From Halorutilales archaeon Cl-col2-1 (lineage in GTDB: Archaea; Halobacteriota; Halobacteria; Halobacteriales; Afararchaeaceae), in the NCBI GenBank assembly GCA_041891055.1, contig CP169074.1, forward strand, positions 992,001 to 1,056,000: a stretch of 64,000 nt of DNA, given 5' to 3'. Position numbers and translations under genes: made by a program. The stretch's first letter is position 1; each line of letters opens with the position of its first letter. Of this stretch, positions 19,549 through 30,153 are shown piece after piece. The notes beneath the pieces are model-generated. The model did not search any database. It was not told the origin of the DNA and saw only the letters and a program-made list of their open reading frames with translations.

Positions 19549-20673
19549 CTCCCAACGCTGTATAACAGGCAGAGCAAACACGACTAACAAGAAGTCGAAA
19601 ACGATCCGGTGGCGGACATTCGTCCCGAAGTTTGAGTTGATTGTTCCATATCCGACGATGCCGGCGAGGTATATAACAACTAGAAATACTGCAGCCGTCT
19701 CGTCAGGCCTGCATTCGTACAGCGATCGGGCTGCACCCACGAAGAGAAATATAAGGGCTATGGAGACGGTGAAAGCCAAGAAGTGAAATACAGACTCGAC
19801 GTGCAACGGAAATGGAGCGAATTGGAAATAGATAGCCCTTGCCGGAGCAGCGAGGAGAAAATCGAACCAGGAGGTATACTCCATTCCATCGAGATATACT
19901 GCTCCGCCTCTCGATCGCCCAACCATTTGCGCGTTTGCACGCTCGAACGAGTAGAGAACTTCTGCGAACAGCCCGAATCCGATCACACCGACAGTACCGA
20001 TAACTGCTGTGAGTGACGTGAGCGACAAATCGACCGTAGTAGTACGAACCAGTTTGACGATCACACTTGCTATACTGCCAAGCACAAACACGAGCGAAAG
20101 TTCAGGTCTCAATAGGTATAGCATTCCCCAGAGTGGAACGGCAACGAGTACGGGCTTCAGCTGATGTGACAGGAGTGTACTGAGGCCGAGACTGAGGAGT
20201 GAGAAAAATAGCAGAACAGACAATGCATCTCGCATTGGGAGACTGAGGAACAGAAACTGTAGCGGTGCAAACAGAACGATAAGCATCAGACCGAGATGTG
20301 ATTCCCTTCGTGACGGATACAGTTGGCGGGCGATAGACGAGATCGGTACCACTGTCAGAACACCGAATAATCCGTTAAATATCGCGACTGTTTCAGGTTG
20401 TGGGCTAAATACGGTGTACGTAAGCGCCTGGAACCCTCCGAACGAACTCACAGTCGAGGATCCAGATGTAAACGTCCCTGCTGCAATTTCGCTCGCAGTC
20501 TGGTGAAACTGAGCAATATCCCATCTATAGGGTAGTCGAGGAAGTACCACTAACGCAACGAAGACGTGACCAATGAATGCAGTGATCGCTATTGGTCGAT
20601 ACCAGGGCAGATCAGTGTATTGTGCCACGAGTAGGAGTGAGACGAACGCCATTCCGACAGCTAAAAGTATCAT
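19417..20673 (-). CDS. Polytopic membrane protein, Wzy-like polymerase/GT-C candidate
   Basis: About 10 TM segments, MRD and NFGTNVRHR loops, glycan-cluster context. Confidence 0.7.
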   Translation of the reverse strand: MILLAVGMAFVSLLLVAQYTDLPWYRPIAITAFIGHVFVALVVLPRLPYRWDIAQFHQTASEIAAGTFTSGSSTVSSFGGFQALTYTVFSPQPETVAIFNGLFGVLTVVPISSIARQLYPSRRESHLGLMLIVLFAPLQFLFLSLPMRDALSVLLFFSLLSLGLSTLLSHQLKPVLVAVPLWGMLYLLRPELSLVFVLGSIASVIVKLVRTTTVDLSLTSLTAVIGTVGVIGFGLFAEVLYSFERANAQMVGRSRGGAVYLDGMEYTSWFDFLLAAPARAIYFQFAPFPLHVESVFHFLAFTVSIALIFLFVGAARSLYECRPDETAAVFLVVIYLAGIVGYGTINSNFGTNVRHRIVFDFLLVVFALPVIQRWELLVREWLGVVPRQRDGYDKKQRETQEFDRSLHTRTQDSEDTSQ

Positions 20674-20722
20674 ATGTTATTTTTGTGGGCATTCATATGC
20701 AGTCTAGTATTAATAAAATGTA

Positions 20723-21844
20723 TCATGGACTATCTTTGGATAATTGTCTGTAAATTTGAGTATATGAGTCCGACATGGTTTTCACATCGAAGTACTCCTT
20801 AGCACGCTCGTAACCCGCTTTTCCGTATTGGTTTTGCACCTCATTTTCGGCGATCTCATTTATAGCTTCAAGGAGACTATCGACGCGACCCAGAGGGTAG
20901 AGTATTCCTGTTTCACTGTCGTGTACTGCTTCTCTCACGCCTGGTATATCTGGAGCAACGACAGGCAATGATGCAGCCATCGCTTCAAGGATTGTTATTG
21001 GATGGCCCTCCGCTTTGGATCCAGACACAAAAGCATCAGCTGCTGCATAGTATGGGTGCACCTCAGGAACACGACCAGTAATATGGACAGTGTCCTGAAC
21101 ACCATGAGATTTAACTTCAGATCGGAGTTCCTTTTCAAGTTCCCCATGGCCCACGATGATAAGATGAGCATCCGTCTTACTCTGAGCAAAAGCATCGATG
21201 AGGTTCGACTGTCCTTTGACTGGTACATAACGACCGACATTGAGAAATATCGGTGTTTCCTGATCAATGTTGAGTTGCTCCCGGATATTAACGCCATCCG
21301 ATATTTTAACCTTTTGAGCGAATTTCTCAACATTGATGCCATTATATACTGTACACCAGTCGTCATCAAGCTCACCAGGTTCATGGGCGCTCCCAGTAAA
21401 TGCTCGTTCAACTCCCTGGGAAACTGCCACTGTCTTATCATCCAAAGAGCGTGTCAATCTCTCGGTTGTACGGGTCACAGGGTGATAGTTCGATGGGACA
21501 TTATGTTGAGTACTAACGATACGAACATCATTCATTGACCCAATGAGCCGTCCAAGAGTCTGTGCATACGGGAGATGAAGATGAAGAATGTCTATCTGCT
21601 TTTCACGAAGGTAGCTGTTGAATCGTTTTACAGCACGAGGGTCAAACCGAAACTCCTCACCAAAATGTCGAACTGGTACGCCTGCCTCTTCTATTTCTGG
21701 TACTAGGGCATCTTCGTCACCAAAAAATCCAACACTGAATTGAATTCGATCACTGGCACTGACGAGGTCACGAACCATATTCTCAGCACCCCCATACGGG
21801 AGGGCAGTAATTAATTGACAGACAGATATATCTTTAGCCATCAA
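20723..21844 (-). CDS. GT4 glycosyltransferase
   Basis: GGAE, NVGRY..KG, EGHPITILEAMA. Confidence 0.93.
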   Translation of the reverse strand: MMAKDISVCQLITALPYGGAENMVRDLVSASDRIQFSVGFFGDEDALVPEIEEAGVPVRHFGEEFRFDPRAVKRFNSYLREKQIDILHLHLPYAQTLGRLIGSMNDVRIVSTQHNVPSNYHPVTRTTERLTRSLDDKTVAVSQGVERAFTGSAHEPGELDDDWCTVYNGINVEKFAQKVKISDGVNIREQLNIDQETPIFLNVGRYVPVKGQSNLIDAFAQSKTDAHLIIVGHGELEKELRSEVKSHGVQDTVHITGRVPEVHPYYAAADAFVSGSKAEGHPITILEAMAASLPVVAPDIPGVREAVHDSETGILYPLGRVDSLLEAINEIAENEVQNQYGKAGYERAKEYFDVKTMSDSYTQIYRQLSKDSP

Positions 21845-21922
21845 TCATTGGTCTTCAACAAAGTATTTAAATGAATCGACATCGTGCAATTCATTAGACG
21901 AAAGAGAATACCTCTTAATCAG

Positions 21923-22849
21923 ATGAGTGTGATTTCACTATCCAGAATTGGACGAGGGCTCGAAAGCCCCAATTTGTTCCTCCGCGAATTAAATAGATTC
22001 TATTACAAACAGTTATATACTCAATCGTATAACACGGGCGGCATCGATATCTTTGAACAGGACTGGGACAACCTCATAGTCTTAGATGCCTGCAGATACG
22101 ATCTGTTTGAGAATACAGCTGATCTCGAAGGTCAGCTCGAATCTCGTATTTCACGTGCATCAAGTACGCCTGAGTGGCTCAGAGCAAATTTTAAAGGACG
22201 TAAGCTGCACGACACAGTATATATTACAGCAAATCCACAGCTTTTCCGACACAGAGAGGAAATAGATGTGGAATTTCACGATGTAATCAATATCTGGCAG
22301 GAGGACGGCTGGGATGAAGAGCATCAAACGGTACTTCCAGAAACGGTTACAAAGAGAAGTATTGAAGCAGCAGACAAGTACCCCAATAAAAGATTGCTCA
22401 TCCATTATATTCAGCCGCACTACCCATTCCTGACGAGTATTGATCAACCGTTTGAGGATAGCCAGGCGTTTCTAAAGCCAGATGAAGCTGGAAGCTGGCA
22501 TCAGGCAGTGATTGGAAAAATTGACCCAGACCCAGAGATTGTGTGGCAGGCATATCGCGATACACTAGAAAGGGCGCTCCCGCATGTTGAAGAGCTGGTT
22601 CAGGGTATAACTGGTAAATCAGTAGTTACTGCAGACCACGGGAATATGGTCGGCGAACGTGCTACTCCATTTCCCATTCGGGAGTGGGGTCACCCACGTG
22701 GGATTTATACTGATGAGCTGGTGAAAGTTCCGTGGCTTGTGATCGAAGGAGAGAGTCGAAAGATTACTGCCAGAAAGCCAGTCGAAAGTACAAATAGTGT
22801 CACGGATAAAGTTGTACAGGATCGACTCGAGAAGTTAGGATATACATGA
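21923..22849 (+). CDS. Sulfatase-like / alkaline-phosphatase superfamily protein
   Basis: LDACRYD, QPHYPF, TADHG, LVKVPW, RLEKLGY. Confidence 0.85.
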   Translation: MSVISLSRIGRGLESPNLFLRELNRFYYKQLYTQSYNTGGIDIFEQDWDNLIVLDACRYDLFENTADLEGQLESRISRASSTPEWLRANFKGRKLHDTVYITANPQLFRHREEIDVEFHDVINIWQEDGWDEEHQTVLPETVTKRSIEAADKYPNKRLLIHYIQPHYPFLTSIDQPFEDSQAFLKPDEAGSWHQAVIGKIDPDPEIVWQAYRDTLERALPHVEELVQGITGKSVVTADHGNMVGERATPFPIREWGHPRGIYTDELVKVPWLVIEGESRKITARKPVESTNSVTDKVVQDRLEKLGYT

Positions 22850-23985
22850 GTGGTATTGTTTTCGTAACTGTTGTTGATCTTTCAATCATTTCTGGAAGTG
22901 GAGTCGCCACACGTGAGATTATTCGAGGGATAGTCAGTGTAACAGATGAGCCGGTCATTGTTCTCTGCCCGGAGCCTAAAGAGAAGCTACCGGAGATGCT
23001 TGAAAGTCAGGTTGATGAGTTCATTTACTTACCAACGAGAACAAACCCTGGATCACCACGCTGGCACCTCAAAACCGAGTTCAGTATACTACGCAAATTG
23101 GGAAGGCTTTATAAAAATAGAGTCCCTTCACTTGTTGTAACTCGTTTATCGCCTTCTACTCTATTCCCAGCACTGTTTTCTACTATTTTCAATATCCCCC
23201 ATATATTGTTAATTAGGGGATGGGTTCGGAGAAAAGACAGCAGAGAAGATACAAAATTTGGATCACTCGTCGAACAATTAGTAAAAATGAATGTTCGCCT
23301 CTCAGACGAAGTCTACGTTGCGTTTGACGAACTCAAGGAGTGGGTAGATCCATATCGTAGCAACTCCAAGTCACCCGTGAAAGTGTTACCGAACGCAGTC
23401 GATCCTGATATTTTTTCGCCACAACCTCTCAGCTCTACCCGTGCTAAGATTGGAATTGATGCAGAAAAGTTTGTTGTTGGTTTTGTTGGATCGTTAGCTC
23501 CGCGTCATGAACTCAAGACATTATTCAGGGCCGCGGCAAAAACCGATGATGTTTATCTATTGATTGTTGGTGATGGTGTACGCCGGAACAGCCTTGATCA
23601 ACTTGCAGCTGACCTTGGGATCGATGACCGTGTGACGTTTACTGGTCAAGTCGATCATGAAGAAGTCCCAAAATACATCTCTTCTTTCGACGTCGGCTAT
23701 GGAGTTGTGAGCTCAGATAAAGCATCAAATCCAATTAAGTGTTATGAGTATCTATCATGCGAAAGACCAGTTATAACAAGCCAGAAAGAAGAATTTGAGT
23801 TTATTTCAAAAATAGACGCAGGCGTGCTAGTAAGTACTGTGTCAACTAAGGAAGTGTATGAGGCTATCGAATATTTGCGGAACCAGCCACGGAAGGAACG
23901 GCTTGAAATGGGAAAGACTGGTCGTTCGTATGTACAGGAACACTTTACTTGGAAACGCTTGGCTAACGAGCTTATCATAATATGA
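22846..23985 (+). CDS. GT4 glycosyltransferase
   Basis: PNAVD, GFVGSL, NPIKCYEYL. Confidence 0.9.
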   Translation: MSGIVFVTVVDLSIISGSGVATREIIRGIVSVTDEPVIVLCPEPKEKLPEMLESQVDEFIYLPTRTNPGSPRWHLKTEFSILRKLGRLYKNRVPSLVVTRLSPSTLFPALFSTIFNIPHILLIRGWVRRKDSREDTKFGSLVEQLVKMNVRLSDEVYVAFDELKEWVDPYRSNSKSPVKVLPNAVDPDIFSPQPLSSTRAKIGIDAEKFVVGFVGSLAPRHELKTLFRAAAKTDDVYLLIVGDGVRRNSLDQLAADLGIDDRVTFTGQVDHEEVPKYISSFDVGYGVVSSDKASNPIKCYEYLSCERPVITSQKEEFEFISKIDAGVLVSTVSTKEVYEAIEYLRNQPRKERLEMGKTGRSYVQEHFTWKRLANELIII

Positions 23986-23998
23986 TATATCAATTTTT

Positions 23999-24679
23999 GG
24001 CTTTGGTGAATCGCCATACGCAGCTTGATTTACTGTTTTATGGCATGTTTGATGTTATAGACAGAGCAGATCAGGACGAGTTCACGAAACTCCCTGTACC
24101 AGGCACGCGCACGCACGGCTTCACGAAGCACAGCTTCGTTAGCTGAAAATCTTCGATTTTAAGCTGTGCCGAGCGTGCGCTTGATGTTTGAGAAGACGGT
24201 TTCAGACAGGATATTTGACCGTAGAGAGACCCATCGATTCTGGTGTCGCAAATCTGAGATTTGCGTACATCCAAAAATCAGAGATTTTTGAATATGCTGT
24301 GCACCTGATCGATGGGTCGGAACTCACGGTGTTTGGTGAGTGGTGCTTCTCGGTAGGATTTCTCCAAGTAAATCCGTAGACAGTGGAGAGAAACGATGGC
24401 GTGAATCCGCGAAGCCGCCACCCTGCTCTGGGGCGGCGACTTCGCTCCGACCACCGACATCATGAACTCCATTCATGAACCTCAAAGCTCCACTTTGAGA
24501 CAGCGTTTTTAGCTAATGTCAAGGCTCTATCAGTGAAGTGCTGTGAATCGAAGATTCACATGCGTTGGGACGCTTGCGTTCCAAAACGGGAGATTTTGGA
24601 CATGTCATCGAAAACTTCCCGCTTCATCTCCTTTGCATTAGTGGCTTAATCCAACGTAGTCTAGTGATTCACCAGAGCC
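23999..24679 (-). mobile_element. Internally deleted IS5-family (ISH1/ISH9-like) element with four mini-element insertions
   Basis: 14-bp TIRs ggctttggtgaatc/gattcaccagagcc; remnant peptides MSKIS, TLAKNAVGG, LHCLRIYLEKSYREA, KHREFRPID, ETVFSNIKRTLG, RAWYREFRELVL. Confidence 0.9.
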
Positions 24680-24747
24680 CTATCAATAGCTCTAGGAAGG
24701 ACATCTGCCCGGTTGTAAGTTGGAATTACAACACTGACCGTGACCAT
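24680..24747 (-). pseudogene. GT2 glycosyltransferase N-terminus truncated by the IS5 element
   Basis: MVTVSVVIPTYNRADVLPRAID abuts the TIR. Confidence 0.8.
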
Positions 24748-25209
24748 ATTAATTTTGAATTCAGTATCAGAGGACATGAAAATGTTGGTTCACTCATCGG
24801 CGTTCTAAGAAAAAAGATCAATCCCAAATACTCTCACATCTCCGAGGTCTAAGTGAGTACGAGTTTGAATTAACTATCATTGGGGACGGGGGACTTAAGC
24901 CGATCCTTAGACAAGAGTTTGAGAACCGGAATCTCTCTTCACACGTGAGTTTCAGAGGATTCGTGTCCAACGATCTACTCCCTGAAGTCTATGCGAGTCA
25001 TGACCTCTTTCTTTATCCGGGTATCTGGGACGAGCCGTTTGGCAGGGTCTTTATAGAGTCACTCGCAACAGGCACTCCCGTAGTCTCCACGGATATCGGT
25101 TCGACCGAAGAGATCTTAGGAGACGCTGGTGTTACGGTGGAGCCAGACGTCGACAGGTTAGCCGAGGCAGTTCACCTAATTGCGAGGCGGAGGCCACGTC
25201 CTCAAGGAG

Positions 25210-25310
25210 TCATTCGAGAATCGAAGATTCTCGTGATCGAGCGAATCAAGGATTTGCGAGTCTTCAGAAATCTTCGATTTCTGTGATGCAGAAAACTCTA
25301 AGAGTTTTCC
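25210..25310. repeat. Two tandem double-hairpin mini-elements (25210-25258, 25261-25310) with AG duplications
   Basis: [ag]unit[ag]unit[ag] inside the IS left-end hairpin. Confidence 0.8.
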
Positions 25311-25451
25311 AGCACAAGCGAATCGAAGATTCGCATACGCAGTAGGGCGGGGAAGAGCCGACAACGCCGCAACCCAACACAGGCAATAGCATCCTGACTC
25401 CCGAACAAACCAAATTTTTATAAAAAAGATAGTTCAATATGTGAAATAGAG

Positions 25452-26762
25452 ATGGAGGTCATTCGCACGGTCAAGGTCAAACTCGACGTGCCTGACCAGC
25501 GACGGGACGACCTTCATCAGACCGCCGACCAGTTCCGCTACTGCGCCAATCAGACCAGTGAGTGGGCGTGGCGCGACTCCTCGGACGAATACTGCGTCAC
25601 CAGCAAAGCGAAAGCCGAAGACGCTCTCTACGACCGTCTTCGAGACGAAACCGACCTCACCGCCAATCTCGTCCAGAAAGGGATTCGGCGGGCTATTGAG
25701 GCAGTCAAAAGCGGTGTCGAAGCGTGGAAACGAGGTGACCGCACCAGCCAACCACACTTCGATGCGTGGAGCATCGTTTATGACAAGCGAAGCGCCACCT
25801 TCCACCGCGACCGTGTGTCCCTCTCGACCGTGGATGGACGAGTCGAATGCGAGTACGTCCTACCCGACAACACGGAGGGGACGCCGATTGGTGACTACCT
25901 ACTGAACAAGAACTTCGAGTTCCGAATGTCCACGCTCCAGTACGACCGCTTCGAGGACGAGTTCTACCTCCACGCCCGCATGAGACACACCCCAGAAAAT
26001 GGCGAAGAAGAGCGTTCAAGTTCGGACACGCACAGTGAGAACCCGACGGTTCTCGGCGTGGACTTGAACGTTGACGGCTACTTCGCCGTCACCAGCACGG
26101 GTGCGTTCATCGAATCAGCGGACTACCTCAACCACCGTCGGCGTGAGTTCGAGCAGACCCGTGGAAGCCTCCAAGAGACAGGCACACGGTCGGCGCATCT
26201 GACCATCCAGCAGATGAGCGACCGCGAACACCGCTGGATACAGGACGTACTCCACTCGGTTGCGAACGACATTCTCCGCGAAGCTCGTCGGGTGGACGCG
26301 ACTCATATCGCGTTCGAGAACCTGACGGGTATCCGTGACCGCATGGTGAACGCCAAGCGATTCCACGCGTGGGCGTTCCGCCAACTCTACGAGTACGTCG
26401 AGTACAAAGGTGAAGCCGAAGGCGTGACTGTCGAACAAGTGAGTCCTGCGTACACGAGTCAGCGGTGTTCGAAGTGCGGATGTACGCTGGAGGAGAATCG
26501 CCCGTCGAAACACGAGTTCTGCTGTCAGAAGTGCGGGTACGAACTCAACGCCGACTACAACGCGAGCAAGAACATCGCTCGCAAACTCGCCAAGGGTCTC
26601 CGCTCGGGGCAAAAGTCTCCGAGTGGAGGAGCCACCTATCAACTGGCTCTAACGTCGGGGACGCTGAACCTGAACGGCGATTTCCACGCCTCCGACCGTG
26701 TGTCGGCAGAAGGGGAGTCCACCGACAAACCCCATCGTGAACGAAAGTTCACGAGCCTCTGA
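25452..26762 (+). CDS. tnpB: TnpB RNA-guided nuclease
   Basis: RuvC GVDLN / AFENL / NADYNA; zinc finger CSKC..CQKC. Confidence 0.95.
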   Translation: MEVIRTVKVKLDVPDQRRDDLHQTADQFRYCANQTSEWAWRDSSDEYCVTSKAKAEDALYDRLRDETDLTANLVQKGIRRAIEAVKSGVEAWKRGDRTSQPHFDAWSIVYDKRSATFHRDRVSLSTVDGRVECEYVLPDNTEGTPIGDYLLNKNFEFRMSTLQYDRFEDEFYLHARMRHTPENGEEERSSSDTHSENPTVLGVDLNVDGYFAVTSTGAFIESADYLNHRRREFEQTRGSLQETGTRSAHLTIQQMSDREHRWIQDVLHSVANDILREARRVDATHIAFENLTGIRDRMVNAKRFHAWAFRQLYEYVEYKGEAEGVTVEQVSPAYTSQRCSKCGCTLEENRPSKHEFCCQKCGYELNADYNASKNIARKLAKGLRSGQKSPSGGATYQLALTSGTLNLNGDFHASDRVSAEGESTDKPHRERKFTSL

Positions 26763-26935
26763 GGTTCCCTCAGAGACATCACAAATCGTAGATTTGCGAG
26801 CAGTCAGAAGCTCTGCTTCTGACGACACCCTCAACGAGCGTTCGGAAATCTCTGATTTCCGAGCCATCAAACTCGTAGAGTTTGAGACGTTCGCGAATCT
26901 TCGATTCGCGTGCCTGTAAATCAAAGATTTACAGA
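26735..26935. repeat. Four double-hairpin mini-elements in two tandem pairs
   Basis: [ca]26735-26776[ca]26779-26825[ca] and [cg]26841-26887[cg]26890-26935[cg]. Confidence 0.85.
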
Positions 26936-27126
26936 CGAGGTCGTCAGACCGAGCGAAGTAGGGTGGGGTAGTTGATTCGGTTATTACAGAAGATAGATTA
27001 CGCGAGCTTTCTGAGAATGCCCACGATGAAGTACAGCAGTATTCGTCTGATCGGGTTATTGGGGAGTTTGATAGTCTTTATAACGAAGTATTTCTGTATT
27101 GATCTTTCCAGTATACTCAATGCCAC

Positions 27127-28266
27127 TCATTTACAGTTCACTATAGATGAAATCATATCTCTAAGCACTGGAGATAAAGCATCATAACTATAGTTATCCT
27201 GACACCGTTTGCGAGCATCTTTACCTAGTTGTTTCCGTCTTGAGTCGTCTTTTTTAAGATGAATGATTGCATTTTTGATCTGTTCTGGTTCTTCAGGCGG
27301 GACAAGTTCACCAGTTTTACCTAATATTCGAGGAATATCTCCTACATTAGTGGCGATAATTGGCTTCGCCATTGCCATTCCGTCAAATAATTTCGCGGGA
27401 AGCTGTCCGACAGTTGATTGGTTTTCCCTCTGAGGTATTGCAATAGTATCCGCAGTAGCAATCCACTTAGGGAGTTCATCAAACGGCTTCATTCCCTCAA
27501 TAAGTATCGATTCACCCCCAAGTTTGCGGAGCCTATCAGTATACTTGGATTCCGATGCCCCAATTATCACAGCAAGAATCTCATCCTGATCTATCATTTT
27601 AACTGCCTTGGCAAGTTCTTCAACTCCTTTATGTGGACGCGGAGTTCCTGAAAACATAACAATAAATTTATCTAAGGGCAACCCGACTTCTTTTCGGATA
27701 TTATATTTATTGAATTTTTCAGGGTTAAATTTCTCAGTATCACGAGCGTGAGGTACAACTGTCCCACCAAATTGATTCCGTAGAAAATAGTTTGAGACAG
27801 TACGACCATCGGCAATTTTAGTTAATGATTCCAATACCCTAGTATAGTATATTGAACTAGTATTAATAAGACGAGGGATGCCTCTCAAATATGCCGTGGC
27901 TTGGCTATTACCACTATACTTAAATCCCGACTCCCAATCATCTATATCAACAATTAAAGGTAAATTGGATCCTATTCGTTTTAGTAAACTAATTCCATAG
28001 CTCGCCAGTCTTGGCTTTGAAGCATATACCACATCACCAGAGATTTTATTGAGTAATTCTCGGATATTAGGAAGAAAACCATATACTCGACGGGAAGATT
28101 CCACCTCTTTATAATCATACTTATCTCTTAATGGCTTCCAGATGGTATCTCGTAATTTTGGACCGACAATCTCAATATCATAATTTCTCTCTAAAAGCTG
28201 AGCTAGAACATAAGCCCTACCCAAACAGTTATGAGACAGATCCGGAGTCACAATGGAAACAAGCAT
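27127..28266 (-). CDS. GT4 glycosyltransferase (AT-rich)
   Basis: FSGTPRPHKG, LPAKLFDGMAM. Confidence 0.9.
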   Translation of the reverse strand: MLVSIVTPDLSHNCLGRAYVLAQLLERNYDIEIVGPKLRDTIWKPLRDKYDYKEVESSRRVYGFLPNIRELLNKISGDVVYASKPRLASYGISLLKRIGSNLPLIVDIDDWESGFKYSGNSQATAYLRGIPRLINTSSIYYTRVLESLTKIADGRTVSNYFLRNQFGGTVVPHARDTEKFNPEKFNKYNIRKEVGLPLDKFIVMFSGTPRPHKGVEELAKAVKMIDQDEILAVIIGASESKYTDRLRKLGGESILIEGMKPFDELPKWIATADTIAIPQRENQSTVGQLPAKLFDGMAMAKPIIATNVGDIPRILGKTGELVPPEEPEQIKNAIIHLKKDDSRRKQLGKDARKRCQDNYSYDALSPVLRDMISSIVNCK

Positions 28267-28301
28267 TTTCTAGTTTATTATTAGATAGATATCTTCAGAC
28301 T

Positions 28302-28640
28302 TCAAGATTCCCCTATAGACACGATCCTCTCGAAGACCGAGATACCGAGTTTATCGTCTACTTTCTCCTCAACCCGTCTATCCGCTTCAGTAAAGCCGCG
28401 CAGGAGAATCAGTAATCCCGTGTAGACAACTACGACTGTAACCGGTAAAGTCACTCCGAGGAAGAGTCGCGTGTCGACAGCATCAGAGATGTAGATACCG
28501 AGTCCTAACGTCGGAATACCTGCGATCCAAGCTTTACCCAGACTCCAGCTGTAAGGATGGAGAGTCTTCAGGTGGTATATTTCGAGGACTCCTAGAAGTC
28601 CTGCGGTGCTTAAGGCAGTTGCAGTTCCGATGACGATCAC
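28302..28640 (-). pseudogene. C-terminal fragment of a Wzx-like flippase
   Basis: IGTATA plus 3 TM helices and a GFTEAD tail, typical of flippase C-termini; no 5' part. Confidence 0.6.
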
Positions 28641-28662
28641 TAAGTAATAGAAAAAGTTAAAC

Positions 28663-30071
28663 TTATAAATTTTGAGCCATATTTATTGCATCTGTTCGTA
28701 TTCGACTTGATAAAAATAAGACGATGGTATAAACAATCACTCCGAGAGAAATAACCATACCTAGCTGAATAATGTTGTTAACTCCATAGATTAGTTTGAT
28801 CGGTATGAGAACCCCAGTCATAATTAAGGCAGAAGCCAGGCTCCAAAGTATCTTCTTCGTCTCAAATCGAATCTTGATAAACTGGGAAAGATAATGTGCA
28901 TGTAGAATACTATTAACAATAAAAGAAACTGCTGTTGCAACAGCCGCACCTACTAAACCAAATTCCCAGATGAAAAAGATATTTAGAACAAAATTAATAA
29001 CTATTGCAATAATACCCGATTTAGCCGCTAGATCAGGCCGATTAATAGCTTGGAGAGATCGACCTAAGATTATATGTACTGATTGAAGTAGTTTTTCACC
29101 CATTAAAATAATAAGAGCTATCCAAGCTATTGTATATTCCTCACCAAATACTAACCCCAATATCTCTTTAGAAAGAACCACAGTACCGAAAAAAGCTGGT
29201 ATTGATAATAATAGTGCTGGAGTCATTGCCTCTGGCAGAATATTTTCTATTTTTTTATAAGAGTCCTTTGAGTCCCACTTACTAACATGGGGGAAATAGA
29301 AGTAGCAATTGAACTGCTGAGTAGCATAACAATAGTTGTAACTCGCCATGCCATTTCATATGCACCAATATGGGATTGGCTAAGAAAGATGCCGAGTATA
29401 GCAACATCCATCCAGCTATAAAAATACCCACCAATTGAAGAGATAAAACTGTACTTAGAGTAATCAAATATAGAACGAGCTGATTTTATTGAAGGTTTTC
29501 CTAAAGGTATGGATTTCCGGTACCAAGCAAAAATAAATGTCACGGCCGAACCAAATAGTACCCCATATACCAACCCGTAATAGTCAAAGCCCAATAAAAC
29601 AAATACTGCTCCCGCTCCAACCCAAGTTAATTTTTTAGAGAACCGAATAATCGCAGTATCACCGACGCGTAACTCACCATTTAGAACTTTTAACATTAGC
29701 TTACCCATCTGTTGAAGAAATAACCCGATCATAATATACATAGCGACTTCTCCTCCAATATATGAATTCAGATAGTCTTGGAAAATAAGTATAATAGCGG
29801 ATATAACGGATATAGATATAATTAACATTAAGAGAGAGGTGGTGAAGACACTATCCGGATTTTTCCCCTCACTTATTCTTTTTTCTACTCCCCCCTGTAT
29901 ACCAAAACCAGCCGGTATACCTAGAAAAACCAAGACTGTTTGAAATAAAAAAAACACTCCCATCTGGGATGCGCCAAGCTCCCGAGCAAAATAAGTTATA
30001 CCAATAAACGAGATGACTGTAGTTGTGGCACGGGCTATAAATAGCTTCAAGCTTGAACGAGCAATACCCAT
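28663..30071 (-). pseudogene. Wzx/MATE-like flippase with a 1-nt frameshift near 29295
   Basis: Two ORFs rejoin as ..SIATSI-FPHVSKW.. if one T is added. Confidence 0.85.
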
Positions 30072-30153
30072 TTATAATTTACCAGAGCTTCATATCACTA
30101 AACTCGTTTCATACGAGAAGATTAATTTATTTTGGTTGGTCTCGTCTAGTCCA

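Larger units (their letters stand above)
25176..26976 (+). mobile_element. IS200/IS605-family tnpB-only (IS1341-type) element
   Basis: Inserted after TTCAC with no TSD; subterminal hairpins; ends gtagttgat; empty-site junction gttcac|tcgg is seen at 34654-34663. Confidence 0.9.
24820..27102 (+). pseudogene. 5'-truncated GT4 gene split by a tnpB element
   Basis: ..EPFGRVFIESLATGTP..LAEAVH | SVITEDRLRELSEN..FLY* rejoins in frame across 25175/26977. Confidence 0.85.

Noticed and set aside
24071-24852. Structured ncRNA/intron or the short ORFs in the track
   Set aside because: Explained by the IS5 remnant with hairpin inserts plus adjacent GT fragments.
26735-26935. CRISPR array
   Set aside because: No constant 25-45 bp repeat; only 2-bp duplications separate the units, and no cas genes are present.
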